Shown: positions 25,110 to 38,155 of the stretch, piece by piece
Layout: each line of letters begins with the position of its first letter
How positions within the stretch are numbered: the first letter of the stretch is position 1
Translations under genes and position numbers: made by a program
The notes under the pieces: generated by a model
The model's input: the letters and a program-made list of their open reading frames with translations, nothing else
Told to the model about the DNA's origin: nothing
Database searches by the model: none
Assembly: GCA_030390025.1 (NCBI GenBank)
Contig: CM059432.1
Span: 39,868,001 to 39,932,000, forward strand
DNA: 64,000 nt
Direction of reading: 5' to 3'
Source: Squalus acanthias
Taxonomy: Eukaryota

Positions 25110-26867
25110 AGCTGGCTCAGGGTATTAAAAGTAGGTGAGGAAATTGTAGATGGTCTAGTCATGATCTTCCAAAACTCTCTTGAATTGTCCCCTTGGATTG
25201 GAAAATTACTAATGTCAATTCATTATTTAAGGAGAGATAGACTAACAGGCCTATAATTTCCTAGTTTAACGTCTGCTGTGGGAAGTTACTAGAATCTGTT
25301 ATTGAGGACAGAGTGACCAAGCACGTGGACAAATATGAACAGATCAAAGAGAGCCAGTAATTTGTAAAGGGCAAGTCATGCCTAACAAACCTAGTTGAAT
25401 TTTTTGAGAAGGTATCTAACGTTTTAGATAAGCAAGTGTCTATGGATGTTATTTTTATGGACTTTCAGAAGCATTTAAGGTTCCACGTAAGAGACTTAAC
25501 AAAAATGAGTGCGCATGGAATTGGAGGCAATATATTGATGTGGGTAGGGAATGGGTAGGGAATTGGTTAGGAGATAGGAGACAGAGTGTAGAGATAATGG
25601 GTATGTACCCAAATTGTCACGATGCGACGAGTGGTGTCCCCCAGGGATCTGCACTGGGGCCTCAGATTTTCATTATTCTTTCATCCAAGTCATTTATAAA
25701 TATAAAGAGTCGTATATCCAAGTTTACTGACGACACTAAGTTAGGTGGTACAGTAAGTAGTGTAGATGGGAGCAGAAAGTTGCAATGGGACAATGATAGT
25801 TTAAGTGAATGGGCAAAATGGTGGTAGATGGAGTTCAATGTGGGGAAGTGTGAGGTCATCCACTTTGGACCCAAGAAAGATAGATCAGAGAATTTTCTAA
25901 TTGGTGAGACGCTAGAACAGATTTAGAGGTCCAAGTACAGAAATTAAAATCTACTGGACAGGTACTAATGGAATGTTGACTTTTATCTCAAGGGGCTGAA
26001 ATACAAAGGAGTGGAAGTTATGTTACAGTTATATCAAGCTCTGGTTAGACCCTATTTGGAGTACTGCGTTCAGTTCTGGCACTGCACCTCAGGAAGGATT
26101 TTTGGCCTTGGAGCACAGATTCACCAGAACAATACCTGGGTACTAAAAGGGTTAAATTATGAGGAAAGGTTGCATAGACTAGGCTTGTATAACCCTCAGA
26201 TATCTGCTCTCCTCCAATTCTGGCCTCTTGCACATCCCCGATTTTAATCGCTCCACCATTGGCAGCCGTGCCTTCAGCTGTCAAGTCCCTAAGCTCTTGA
26301 ATTCTCTCCCTAATCCTCTTCACCTCGCTACCTCTCTGTGCTCCTTTAAATCTACCTCTTCTGCCCTAACATCCTCTTTTGTGACTCGGTGTCAAATTTT
26401 GTTTGATAACGCTTCTGTGAAGTGCCTTGGGACGTTTTACTATGTTAAAGGCGCTATATAAATGCAAGTTGTTATATTCTCTTGAGTATAGAAGATCAAG
26501 GGGTGATCTAATTGAGGTGTTTATGATTAAAGGAGTTTATAGGGTAGATAGAAACTATTTCCTCTGGTGGGGGAGTCCAGAAAGGGCATAACTTTAAAAT
26601 TAGAGCTAGGCCATTCAGGGGTGATGTCAGAAAGCACTTCTTCACACAAAGGGGGAGTGGAAATCTGGAACTCTCTTCACCAAAAGCTGTTGAGGCTGGG
26701 GGTCAATTGAAAATTTCAAAACTGAGATTGATATTTTTGTTAGGCAAGGATATTAAGGGTTATGGAACTAAGGCAGGTAGATGGAGTGAAGATCAGATCA
26801 GCCTTGATCTAACTGAATATCGGAGCAGGCTCGAGGAGTTAAATTGCCTACTCTTGTTCCTATGTTA
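25110..26867 (+). mobile_element. CR1 LINE, degraded, split by an L2 fragment
   Basis: [41 protein letters not shown], and the CR1 tail. Confidence 0.85.
26191..26473 (+). mobile_element. L2 3' end inserted in CR1
   Basis: PDFNRSTIGSRAFSCQVPKLLNSLP and tail GCTATATAAATGCAAGTTGTT. Confidence 0.8.
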
Positions 26868-27007
26868 CAAAAGTTAAGATGGCTACTCCAAACACTTACA
26901 TAAAAATCTTTTCAATACTTTGACTGGTTGTTTATCTGGTGCTTACTGATTTATGATTCGTAACTGTTCACTGGTGGCGATCATATGCAACACAGTAACC
27001 AATCACC

Positions 27008-27680
27008 AGGTTCAGCAAGTAATTGGGAAGGCAAATGGAATGTTGGCCTTTATTGCAAGGGGGATGGAGTATAAAAGTAGGGAAGTCTTGCTATAACTGT
27101 ACAGGGCGCTGGTGAGACCACACCTGGAGTACTGCGTGCAGTTTTGGTCTCCTTATTTAAGGAGGGATATACTTGCATTGGAGGCAGTTCAGAGAAGGTT
27201 CACTAGGTTAATTCCGGAGATGAAGGGGATGTCTTATGAAGAAAGGTTGAGCAGGTTGGGCCTATACTCATTGGAGTTTAGAAGAATGAGAGGTGATCTT
27301 ATTGAAACATAAGATTCTGAGGGGGCTTGACAGGGTAGATGCAGGGAGGATGTTTCCCCTCATGGGGGAATCTCGAACTAGGGGGCACAGTTTCAGAATA
27401 AGGAGTCACCCATTTAAAACGGAGATGAGGAGGAATTTCTTCTCTGAGGGTCGTGAATCTTTGGAATTCTCTACCCCAGAGAGCTGTGGAGGCGGAGTCA
27501 TTGAATATATTCAAGGCGGAGATAGACATATATTTGAGCTACAGGGGAGTCAAGGGTTATGGGGAGCGGGCAGGAAAGTGCCGTTGAGGCCAAGATCAGA
27601 TCAGCCATGATCTTATTGAATGGCGGGGCAGGCTCGAGGGGCCAAATGGCCTACCCCTGCTCCTATTTATGTTCTTGTGT
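27008..27680 (+). mobile_element. CR1 3' fragment
   Basis: [34 protein letters not shown] plus the CR1 tail. Confidence 0.9.
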
Positions 27681-27999
27681 ACCTTCACTTAACAGAAAGT
27701 GGATTCTGATTGTTTAGTGTTATCAATAGGATTTTTTTTTTTACTAATCACACTTGTGTATAAAGCATGACACCCTATCAATGCACCTTATACACAAGAA
27801 TTTTATGCATACACAAGATATAGTTTTCAATTAAGGTATTAACATAACTCACCTTAATAATTCTATTAAAAGCATCTGAAACATTGGAGGCCTTATACTT
27901 GGTTTGAACCCTGCTTACAAAAATACAAAACTTTGACAGACTATCTGTTATTTTACTGATTTATCTGGATCCTTTAAAACCCCAAAACACCCCTAGAAG

Positions 28000-28237
28000 T
28001 AAAGGGAATTAGGGGTTACGGGGAGCGGGCTGGAAATTGAACATGAGGCTGAGTTCGGATCGGTCAAGGCCCTGTGGGTGGCGGAGCGGGCCCAGGGGCC
28101 GAGTGGCCTGGTCCTGCTCCTACTTCTTGTGTCCTTTAGCGTTGAGGTTGGATCAGATCAGCCATGATCTCATTGAATGGCGGAGCAGGCTCGAGGGGCT
28201 GATTGGTCTACTCCTGCTCCTATTTCTTATGTTCTTA
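28000..28237 (+). mobile_element. Short element with two tandem CR1-type 3' tails (diverged, then canonical)
   Basis: GGCCCTGTGGGTGGCGGAGCGGGCCCAGGGG...CCTGCTCCTAC, then GATCAGCCATGATC...CCTGCTCCTATTTCTTATGTTC. A related unit lies at 56322-56540. Confidence 0.6.
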
Positions 28238-28599
28238 CAACACTTTCAAAAGGTGGAGAGATTTTTCAGGATAAAAGCAGGAAGGTGAAATATTTCCTGA
28301 TCTAAGTGGAAGTTTAATTTTCAGTAACAAAACAAAGAATCCTTCCTGTAACAAGGACCTACTCAGTACCATCTCTGCAAGTGATTTTTGGCAACTGAAG
28401 AGATCATCTGACAAATAAAAATGATGCACGTTAAATGTTTAAACAAGATTAGGTTCAGCAAAATCGATTAGCTTGCATTCTTTACACTGAATACACTTTA
28501 GCCACTTGCTTTGCAGTGATCATTGCAGCAATTCCCCATTTGTTGAAAAAGCTACAGTAAACTTAAAATGTGTTTTGAATGCAACATATATGGAAACAA

Positions 28600-28710
28600 T
28601 GTTCTGATGAAAGGTCATCGACCTGAAACATTAACTTTTGCTTCTCTCTCCACAGATGCTGCCTGACCTGCTGAGTATATCCAGCATCCTCAGTATTTTG
28701 CTTTTATATT
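28600..28710 (+). mobile_element. Penelope-derived mini-insert beginning with a hammerhead motif
   Basis: GTT-CTGATGA-A-AGGTC-ATC-GACCT-GAAA-CATT-AAC. Perfect 14-bp TSD ATATATGGAAACAA at 28586-28599 and 28711-28724. Confidence 0.8.
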
Positions 28711-28888
28711 ATATATGGAAACAAAGTGGCACTGGATTGGCATTAATACAGTTCTGAAATATATAGCTCCAACAGGTTGCTTCGTCTAGATCAAAATGAA
28801 TGCAGTCTCAAGTGGATCTGGGCATCACAGTGGTCCAAATTTGAAGTTAATGCATCAGAGCAGCACAAAAATCATCAGTTGACAAAAT

Positions 28889-29620
28889 GGGCCAAATTTT
28901 GCTGGAGCAGAACATCTAACGGTGTCTGCCGTCAGTTAGACTTGCCCTTGCAAAGAATTTAAAAACCTAAACGTGCAACTGGCAAGTTGCTGAAAACTGT
29001 GCAGCAAGGGAAACAGGGCATCTGGGACCTGAGCGAACAGGGCAAGCAACTATGTATCTCCTTAACCAATCAGATTGCAGGATTGTGAAATTAACAGCAC
29101 AAGGACAGAGAAGGAAATGTAAATTGGAGTGGGTGAATTCAATGTCAAATCAGGTACAGAAAGAGATAAAAAGGGAAAGAAATGCTGGATTAAGACAGAG
29201 AAAAAGAGACAAAGGAAAAAGAAAAGTTTTTTTATTTTAAATTTGACATTTTTAAAATCTCCAACAATTAAAACCTGAAGGAATGAGACTGCACACTTGC
29301 AATAGTTAATTTTCAATGCCAGAGAGGTTGACTGCCAGTAATTAATACTTATCACGTTATTAAATGGGTACTTAGACTGGAACAGACAAGACTTAACTTT
29401 CTGTTGCGAGTTTAGTTCGTATCTACAGCAACTTCATGCCTTTCAGTGGCAAGGCAACAGCAAGATGCAGTTTTGACAAAGCTAACGGCAGAGCAGCAAC
29501 TTTTGGGTTTTCGAGTTTAACCGCGCATCTGCCCCTCACCTGAAGCTGCTGTACAATTTGCACATAAATAATGGCGAGCGCCATTAGCCTCACCATCATT
29601 TTGATAGAAAAATCTGGACC
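28889..29620. mobile_element. Degraded Harbinger-like MITE
   Basis: Imperfect TIRs GGGCCAAATTTT / AAAATCTGGACC, flanked by AAT and ATT. The internal segment resembles 20895-21060. Confidence 0.5.
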
Positions 29621-29764
29621 ATTATATTCTCAAACATGGCAAATTTGCATTAGCTACTCATAATACCTTTGCAGCTTAGTAAAATGTGGTCAAGAAGTTA
29701 TTATAAATTAAGACTGGCCATATATTTCAGCACTATTTAGACAAGAAAAAAGAGCAAAAGAAAA

Positions 29765-30215
29765 AAAACTTGCATTTATATAGCGTTTTTCACAACCACA
29801 GGACGTCCCAAAGCGCTTTACAGCCAATGAAGTACTTTTTGAAGTGTAGTCACTGTTGTAATGTAGGAAACATGGCAGCCAAATTGCACACAGCAAAGTC
29901 CTACCAACAGAAATGTGATATGACCAGAAAATCTATTTTAGTGATGTTGGTTGAGTGATAAATATTGGCTAGGACACCGGGGAGAACTCCCGTTCTTCGA
30001 AATAGCGCCATGGGATTTTTTACGTCCACCCGAGAAGGCAGACGGGGCCTCGGTTTAAAATCTCATCTGAAAGGCGGCACTTCCAACAGTGTAGCACTCA
30101 CTCAGTACTGCACTGGAGTGTCAGCCTAGATTTTGTGCTCAAGTATCTTAAGTGGGACTTGAACCCACAACCTTCTGACTCGGAGGAGAGAATGTTACCA
30201 TTGAGCCATAGCTGA
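29765..30215 (-). mobile_element. Full-length tRNA-derived Deu-domain SINE (SacSINE1-like)
   Basis: A box TGGCTCAATGG, B box GGTTCAAGTCC, Deu-like core AAATCCCATGGCGCTATTTCGAAG...CCCCGGTGTCCTAGCCAA, L2-shared tail. Confidence 0.8.
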
Positions 30216-31409
30216 CATGATTTACTTGACTTTACAGTTACATAAATGCAGCAGATTGGCTGTAAACACAGCTCAAGAACATTACAAGAACATTACATAC
30301 AACGGAACAATCATTTCTCAGTTCCTATATAGCAGCCTTGTATGAGAAAATCCGTTTCCTTCCCCCTCCATTCTCACACCAACAATACTTCAATTATACG
30401 CACACTAATATATTGTTTAAAAATGTGTTTACTTTCTCCCAAATTACTTAAAACTGTGAAAAGCACTGCTGGCTTGAGAGCTCAGGCTGCCTGAAGACAA
30501 AAAAAATTAACGGCACTGCTGCCTCCTGAAAAGTCTTAGCATACCACCTTCTGTAATCATTCTTGGCTCCTCCAGTGACACTAGCACCATTTCATATATA
30601 GTGTTATAAAATCTGGGCTGAGGTTGGCAATAATGCTGTAATATAAAAGGTGATATATAGGGGCTGAAACAATGCAATACATAGATGGATGCACTCAAAG
30701 CAGATATATAAAGTGTATATTTAAACAGTGTAACACTAGGAAATCAGCGAAGAGTAATCAAAGGGATGTCAACTTTTCATGTTATATCCACTTGAACTCT
30801 GAAAAAGACCCAGCAACACAATTATGGATTTTGTCCTTTCAAACCTGGGTTATGTCTGAAGACAGCATTTTGAGCTATATTACACCAGGAATGGTTGTAA
30901 ATCCATTTCTGGTAGAGATAGTAGTGATGGGAGAAATGTGATTAATTAACACATAATTAAAACATTTTGGCACAAATGTAATATTTCCCTATAGGGTACT
31001 GGTATTAATATGCTTTACAGGCCTGCTCACAACACTGCCTAATCTTTACACACGGGAGTTTCAGATTCATACAAAAGATCAGAAGCAGGATACAATTTTA
31101 AAAGCTATTGAATTTTAAAAGGCAGACAACTTGGAATAAAAACATTGTGCATTTATCAGAGCGAGATGAGAAACTGATATGTCCTGATTTTCTCCAAATT
31201 GAAGAATCATCACAGCAGGGCAGATTGTTTTACTGCGTAAGCATGCAAGAGAATGAGCCGCCCTCTCGTTGCATATTTAACTGTGTAATTAGGCATTTAT
31301 TTGCAGCTCTCCCACAGAGCATGAAATTGATTTAGTATTTTCTACTAAAGGGAAGTAGCAACTCTGCTATACATACACACACAATGTCCAATTTGTGCAA
31401 AAAATTGGT

Positions 31410-32820
31410 TCGGCCATAGCTGGAGTATTGCATGCAGTTCTGGGAATCCCAATATAGGAATATAAAGGCATAAAAGGTACAAAGAAAGATTCATTAGAAT
31501 ACTAGTGATTAGAAGTTATATTTATAAAGACTTTGAAAAATTGGTGCGTTTTTCATTGGAACAGAGAAGGTTAACAGATCTAATCGAGGTTTCAAAAGTA
31601 TGAGGATTTGAGTTGTTAATAGTGAAAGATTGTTTCTACTGGTTTGGGGTAACAGAAAAAACTGTATACATTCTGGTTTATCAGTAGAAAATGAAACACA
31701 CACTATCCCCATATCCCCCTTGATTCCCTTAATATCCAAAAATCTATTGATCTCTGTCTTAAAGGGCACGGTAATAGGGAATAAAAGCAGAAAATAGTTG
31801 AAACACACAGTTCAATCAGCATCTGCAAAGAAGGCAGGTTAACATTCCAAGTGTATACAAAATTAAAAAGGACCACTTGGCTCATCCATCCAGAAATATC
31901 CTACAGTTCCCACTCACCCCAGCTGCAGCATGGAATTGTTTCTTAAACAATTCCTAGGTTTTCACCTCCACTATTCTTTCTTGAAGTCCAATCTAATTGT
32001 TGATCACATTTTGTATGAAGAACTTCCTGATATCAGTCCTAAATTTGTTTTGAACTTTTGTCTTTGTCCCAATACAGTTTACCTTGAAGTAATTTGACAT
32101 TTATTTTTTCCATACTGTTAACCATCTTATACAGTCATAGATGATCACCTCTTGAATGTCTCGTTCCAAGGCAGAAAAGCCCCACTCTCTCTTCTTTCTT
32201 CATAATTCAGACCTCCAACACTGGGGATCATTCTCTACACTGCCTCCAATGCTTAAACGTCCATCTCAGTGCCTAGAATTAGACACCGTACTCAAGTGGC
32301 CTGACCAGAGCATTATACAGCTTGATCACTACTTCCTTTGACCTGAATTCAACTATTCTGGCTAGAGTGTTGAGCATTCTATTGGCTCTGGGGATTGCTG
32401 CTTCGCATCATTGGACATTTTAAGGACTGGGCCTACTAAATCTCTCGGGTCTTTTCTAACTTCATTCTTTGTTATTTCAACCCCATTTATGGAGTGCGTG
32501 TTATTCATTTTCCTTCCCATCTTTAGTACCTTACATTTGCCTGCATTAAATTTCACCTGCTATCGTTCTGTCCACTTACATATTTCTTCCAACTCTTTGT
32601 AGTGCTTCTTCCAATTCCACTGCTCCACCTAATTTTAACCACTTTGCATTGAGTTTCTGAATCTAAGACAATGATGTAAATTAGAAATGGTACTGATCAA
32701 AAAAGGAACCCTGGGGCACCCAGCTTAGTACCACCCCCACAATGCCTGCAAAATTCCTCGAACAAGTACCCATTGTTTTCTTCCCTTGTCAGACAACTTC
32801 TTATCCATTCCCAAGATTTA
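31410..32820. mobile_element. Cluster of old CR1 fragments: plus strand 31410-31650, minus strand 31705-31765 and 31870-32820
   Basis: CTGGAGTATTGCATGCAGTTCTGG; minus-strand peptide MKFNAGKCKVL; GGTGCCCCAGGGTTCC. Confidence 0.65.
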
Positions 32821-33478
32821 AAGAAAGACTTGCATGTATATAGCACCTTTCACGACCTCAGGACATCCCAAAGCGCTTTACAGCCAATGAAGTACTTTGG
32901 GAGTGCAGTCACTATTGTAATGTAGGAAATGCAGCAGCCAATTGTGTACAGGAAACTCGCACAAACAGCAATGTGATAATGACCAGATAACAAAAGCAAA
33001 ATACTGCGGATGCTGGAAATCTGAAATAAAAACAGAAAATGCTGGAAATACTCAGCAGGTCAGGCAGCATCTGTGGAGAGAGAAATAGAGTTAATGTTTC
33101 AGGTCGATGACTCTTCGTCAAAACTGGAAAAAGTTGGAGATGGAACAGGTTTTTAAGCAAGTGTAGGGGCAGGGAAAGGGGGAGGAGAGGAAAGAACAAA
33201 AGGGAATGACCAGATAATCTGTTTTTGCTATGTTGATTGCAGGATAAATATTGGCCAGGACACCGGGAATAGCTCCCCTGCTCTTCTTCAAAATAGTGCC
33301 ATGGGATCTTTTACGTCCACCTGAGAGCAGACGGGGCCTCGGTTAAACGTCTTACCCAAAAAGACAGCACCTCCAACAGTGCAGCACTCCCTCAGTACTG
33401 CACTGGAGTGCCAGCCTAGATTTTTGTGCTCAAGTCGCTGGAATGGTACTTGAACCCACAACCTTCTGACTCAGAGGC
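32821..33478 (-). mobile_element. DeuSINE interrupted by a Penelope-derived insert
   Basis: Homologous to 29765-30215. B box GGTTCAAGTACC near 33450. Confidence 0.8.
32991..33204 (-). mobile_element. Penelope 3' terminal fragment with hammerhead-like motif at 33089-33125
   Basis: Perfect 13-bp TSD AATGACCAGATAA at 32978-32990 and 33205-33217. Motif AGTT-TTGACGA-A-GAGTC-ATC-GACCT-GAAA-CATT-AACT. Confidence 0.8.
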
Positions 33479-34804
33479 CCTGAATCCCAACAGCTTTGAG
33501 CTTGTCTTCATATACTTGCACATAGAACTTTATCAAATATTTTTTGGAAGTCTAAGTTTTCTGCAGCCCACTTATACCTTTCATTAGAAAGGAAAAGGAT
33601 GGAGAAATAGAATTAGATAGAGCCAGTTAAATAACCACCAGCACCATAAGCAGAATCCTTCTGTGCTGAAATTTGAGATTCTACACATATACAAACCAAG
33701 AAGTGTCGCACAAAAATATTACAGGAAGTGTGTGTGATGGTGCGCTACACAAGTCTTGCATACAGCACACAATTCCTGTAACATTTCCGTGCAACGCTGC
33801 TCAGTGACGCTTAATCCTGGTTAACCTAGTCAAATTTATTCTACCACATTTGATTGTCACTCTTCTTACAATTGACTCCCAACTCTAGTCCAGATAGCCC
33901 TGAGCTGCAGCAGACTACAAATTACAGACTCAAATCAAATTAACAGCTCCAGGTTATGTGCAAATATATGGAAAGGCTAAACTTTTTGAACAATGATATG
34001 GAGTTAATCACTTTCCACCTTTTCACTTGACTCAAAAGATGCAAAGCAATTTTCAAATGCAGTGTGTTCCAGGCTCACATAACAGTTCCAGATCATCTCC
34101 AAATTGATACAAGGCGGCTCTCATCTGCAATCTGTAACTGAACCCACCAATCATTAACACACGGCAATGCCATCTTCTAGCTTTAAATATGCAGACACCT
34201 ATATTATTGTCCTTACTATGAACACACCATGGAACATTTTATCAGACTACCCGTAAGTAACACTGCAGGAGAAATAGGCAGTCTTTATTCATTAATTTGA
34301 ATTCAAAAGTGTAAATAACAGAAAAATGAGAAATGAGTGCTTTGTCTGTAGTTTTCAGGTTTTCTCTGTTACTTAGCTTAAAAATAGGTTGTGCAAGAAA
34401 TGTTCCACCTACAAAATGGTTCCATCCACTGCAACTCAAACCAATCTGTTCCACCCTTTTGTGAATGATTCAAAGCTACCATCATTTGAGCGGTCTTCAA
34501 CAACAAGCTGTAATTGCTGCTACAGTCCTGCAAATCAATATTGGTGAAGTAACCAGTTTGACAATTTAAACAAGTACCAAAGTGCCTGCCATGACTGATA
34601 TTACTTGTCCTCTGAACTGCACAATAGAAATCTTGCATATAAATAGACAACAAAACTGGGTCTTAATGTTTTCCCAGGGCACGATCTCAGATTACATGGC
34701 AAAACTAGTCACTTCAGTTCATAAGGAGTGAGAGTGCTTGCCTATAGGAGCTGATGAGAAATGTATCTGGTGAGCACAAAAATTGTAATGCTATTATTGT
34801 ACTT

Positions 34805-35220
34805 GAGTAGAATGAGCCTATAGGCTCTGGAATTTAGAAAAATGAGAGGTGATCTAATTGAAACGTATAAAATTCTTAGAGGGCTTGACAGGGTAGATGC
34901 CAAGAGGCTGTTTCCCCTGGCTCAGGAGTCGAGAACTAGGGGTCATAGTCTCACAATAAGGGGTCAGCCATTGAGATGAGGAGAAATTTCTTCACTGAGA
35001 GGGTTGTGAATCTTTGGAATTCTCTACCCAGAGGGCTATGGATGCTCAGTTGCGGAGTACATTCAAGACGGAGATCGATAGATTTTTGGGCACTAAGGGA
35101 GTCAAGGGATATGGGGATAGGGTAGAAATGTGGAGTTGAGGTAGAAGTTCAGCCATGATCTGACTGAATGGCAGAGCAGGCTCGATGGGCCCTATGGCCT
35201 ACTCCTAGTTCTCATGTTCC
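34805..35220 (+). mobile_element. CR1 3' fragment
   Basis: Matches 13700-14968 and 37720-38150. Confidence 0.85.
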
Positions 35221-35649
35221 TCAGTGACGGTATGTCAGCAAATACCATATTTAAAGTGCTTATGACTGGTTTTAGCCTGGGATCCAGGCTGATGGACTGG
35301 GACCTCCTGGGAGGAAGGAGCCACCTGACAGCCAGAATAAGCCAAGGATGGGTTGGTGAGGGGATGTTTACCCTGTCGGGAACAAATCAAGTGGTATTAC
35401 ATGCAAGAATGGGCTATGGGGGAGCTGAACTGACACACAGAAGTGGGTTGCAATATCTGTCTGTCTCTCACACACAAAGGCTTGCTATTAGTCAGAAAAA
35501 TTCTAAAAACAAAGATATAAGAAAACTAACATTGACTGCAACTGTATGTTCAACTGAAAGAGGAAAATTTCTTAACTACACTGATGCCAAAAATGGGGCT
35601 TTCCACTGAAATAAAATATATTGTGTGTTTAGCAATTGGCATAGGGATA

Positions 35650-38155
35650 AGCAGATTAGATGCATTAAATGCATGGCTCAAAGAGTGGCGTGGGAGGCAG
35701 GGTTTTGCTTCATGGGGCACTGGCACCAGTACTGGGGAAAGAGGGAGCTGTTCTGTTGGGACAGGCTCCACTTAAACCGGGCGAGAACCAGTGTCATGGC
35801 GAATCAAATAACTAGGGCAGTAGACAGGCCTTTAAACTAATGAAGGAGGGGTGGGAGGATTCAGAAAAGAGTAAATTTAAAAGCAGCAAGAGAAATGTCA
35901 AGGCTCTAGAGCAGAGCAGAGTTTTGGGTAAAAATAAACAGAGTGGGTCAGGAAGGGACAGAGAGAGTAACAAAGGTGACATCAGGGAAAAATAGAAAAA
36001 AGTCAAAGCTAAAGGCATTATATCTGAATTCCGCGAAGCATTCGCAACAAAACAGATGAATTAATAGCGGAGGTAGAAATTAATAGGTTTGATCCAATAG
36101 CCATTACGAAGACGTGGTTGCAAAGTGACCAAGGTTGGGAACTAAATATTCCAGGATACTTAACTTTTAGAAGAGATAAGCAAAATGAAAAAGGAGGAGG
36201 GGTAGCCCTGATAAAAGATGAGATAAAGACAGCAGAGAGAAAGGATCTTAGCTCCTAAAATCAAGAAGTAGAATCAGTTTGGGTGGAGCTAAGAAACAAA
36301 CAGCAAGGGGCAGAAAACTTTGGTGGGAGTTGTTTATAGGCCCCCAAACATTAGCTGTAATGTAGGGCGGAGTCTAAATCAGGAAATTGGAGGCACACGC
36401 AACAAGGGTAATACAGTAATCATAGGGGACTTTAATCTACATATAGACTGGGCAAACCAAATTTGCAGCAATAGTGTGGAGGATGAATTAATGGAATGTA
36501 TACAAGATAGTTTTCTAGATCAGTATCTTGAGGAACCAACTAGGGAACAGGCTATTTTAGATCTAGTATTGTGCAACGAAAAAGGGTTAATTAATAACCT
36601 TGTAGTAAAGGGGCCCTTAGGGAAGAGTGACCATAATATGATACATTTTATATTTAGTTTGAAAGTGATTGTTAAATCTGAAACTAGGGTCTTAAATCTA
36701 AACAAAGCAAACTACGTAGGTATGAGGGGCGAGTTGGCTAAGGTAGATTGGGAAACTACATTAAAAGGTATGACAGTAGACATGCAATGGCTAGCATTTA
36801 AAGACTACATAATTTACAACAAATATACATTCTTTTAAGGCACAAAATCCCCATAGGAAAAGTGGCTAACAAGGGAAGTTAAAGATAGTATTAGATCAAA
36901 GAAAGAGGTTTATAAAGTTGCCAAAAAGAGCAGTAAGCCTGAGGATTGGGAGGATTTTTAGAATTCAGCAAAGGAGGACCAAGAAATTGATAAAGGGAAT
37001 ATGAGTAAAGTAGCGAGAGACATAAAAACAGACTGTAAAAGTTTCTATAGGTATGTAAAAAGAATTGGAAGGTGGCAAATGTAACCCCACTATTTAAGAA
37101 AGGAGGGAGAGAGAAAACGGGGAACTACAAACCAGTTAGCCTGACATCAGTAGTAGGGAAAAAGCTAGAATCTCATTAAGGACGTGGTAACAGGGCACTT
37201 AGAAAATAATAATAGGATTGGCAGAGTCAACACGGATTTATGAAAGGGAAATCATGTTTGCCAAATCTGTTGAGTTTTTTGAGGTTGTAACTAGCAGAAT
37301 AGATAAGGGGAAACCAATGGATGTGATGCATTTGGATTTTCAGAAGGCATTCGATAAGGTGCCACACAAGAGTTTATTAAACAAAATTAGGGCTCATGGG
37401 ATTGGGGGTAATATACTAGCATGGATTGAGGATTGGTTAACAGACAGAAAATAGAGTAGGAATAAACGTGTCATTTTCGGGTTGGCAGGCTGTAGTGGGG
37501 TACCGCAAGGATCAGTGCTTGGGCCTCAGCTATTCACTATCTATATCAATGATTTGAGTAGAAGAGTAAAGATGTCTTACTGCAATTATATAGGGCCCTG
37601 GTGAGATCACATCTGGAGTATTGTGTACAGTTTTGGTCTCCTTACCCAAGGAAGGATATACTTGCAATAGAGGGAGTGCAACCGATTCCTGGGATGAGGG
37701 GTTTGTCCTATGAGGAGAGATTGAGTAGACTAGGCCTGTATTCTCTAGAGTTTAGAAGAATTAGAGGTGATCTCATTGAAACATACAAAATTCTTACAGG
37801 GCTTGACAGGGTAGATGCAGGGAGGATGTTTCCTTTGGCTGGGGTGTCTAGAACCAGGGGTCACAGTCTCACAATAAGGGGTCGACCATTTAGGACTGAG
37901 ATGAGGAAAAATTTCTTCACTCAGAGGGTGGGGAATCTTTGGAATTCTCTACCCCAGAGGGCTATGGAGGCTCAGGTCGTTGAGTATGTTCAAGACAGAG
38001 ATTGATAGATTTTTGGATATTAAGGGAATCAAGGGATATGTGGATAGTGCAGGAAAATGGAGATGAGTTAGAAGATCAGCCATGATCTTATTGAATGGTG
38101 GAGCAGGCTCGAGGGGCCAATGGCCTACTCCTGCTCCTATTTCTTATGTTATGTT
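35650..38155 (+). mobile_element. CR1 LINE with ORF1 C-terminus, APE endonuclease and RT, with large internal deletions
   Basis: ORF1 esterase end WHQYWGKRELFCWDRLHLN; APE motifs VYRPP, GDFN, LDLVL, SDHN; RT motif DFQKAFDKVPH; jumps near 37060 and 37555; CR1 tail. Confidence 0.9.

Noticed and set aside
30140..30215. tRNA gene
   Set aside because: The A and B boxes belong to a SINE head that runs directly into the Deu core.
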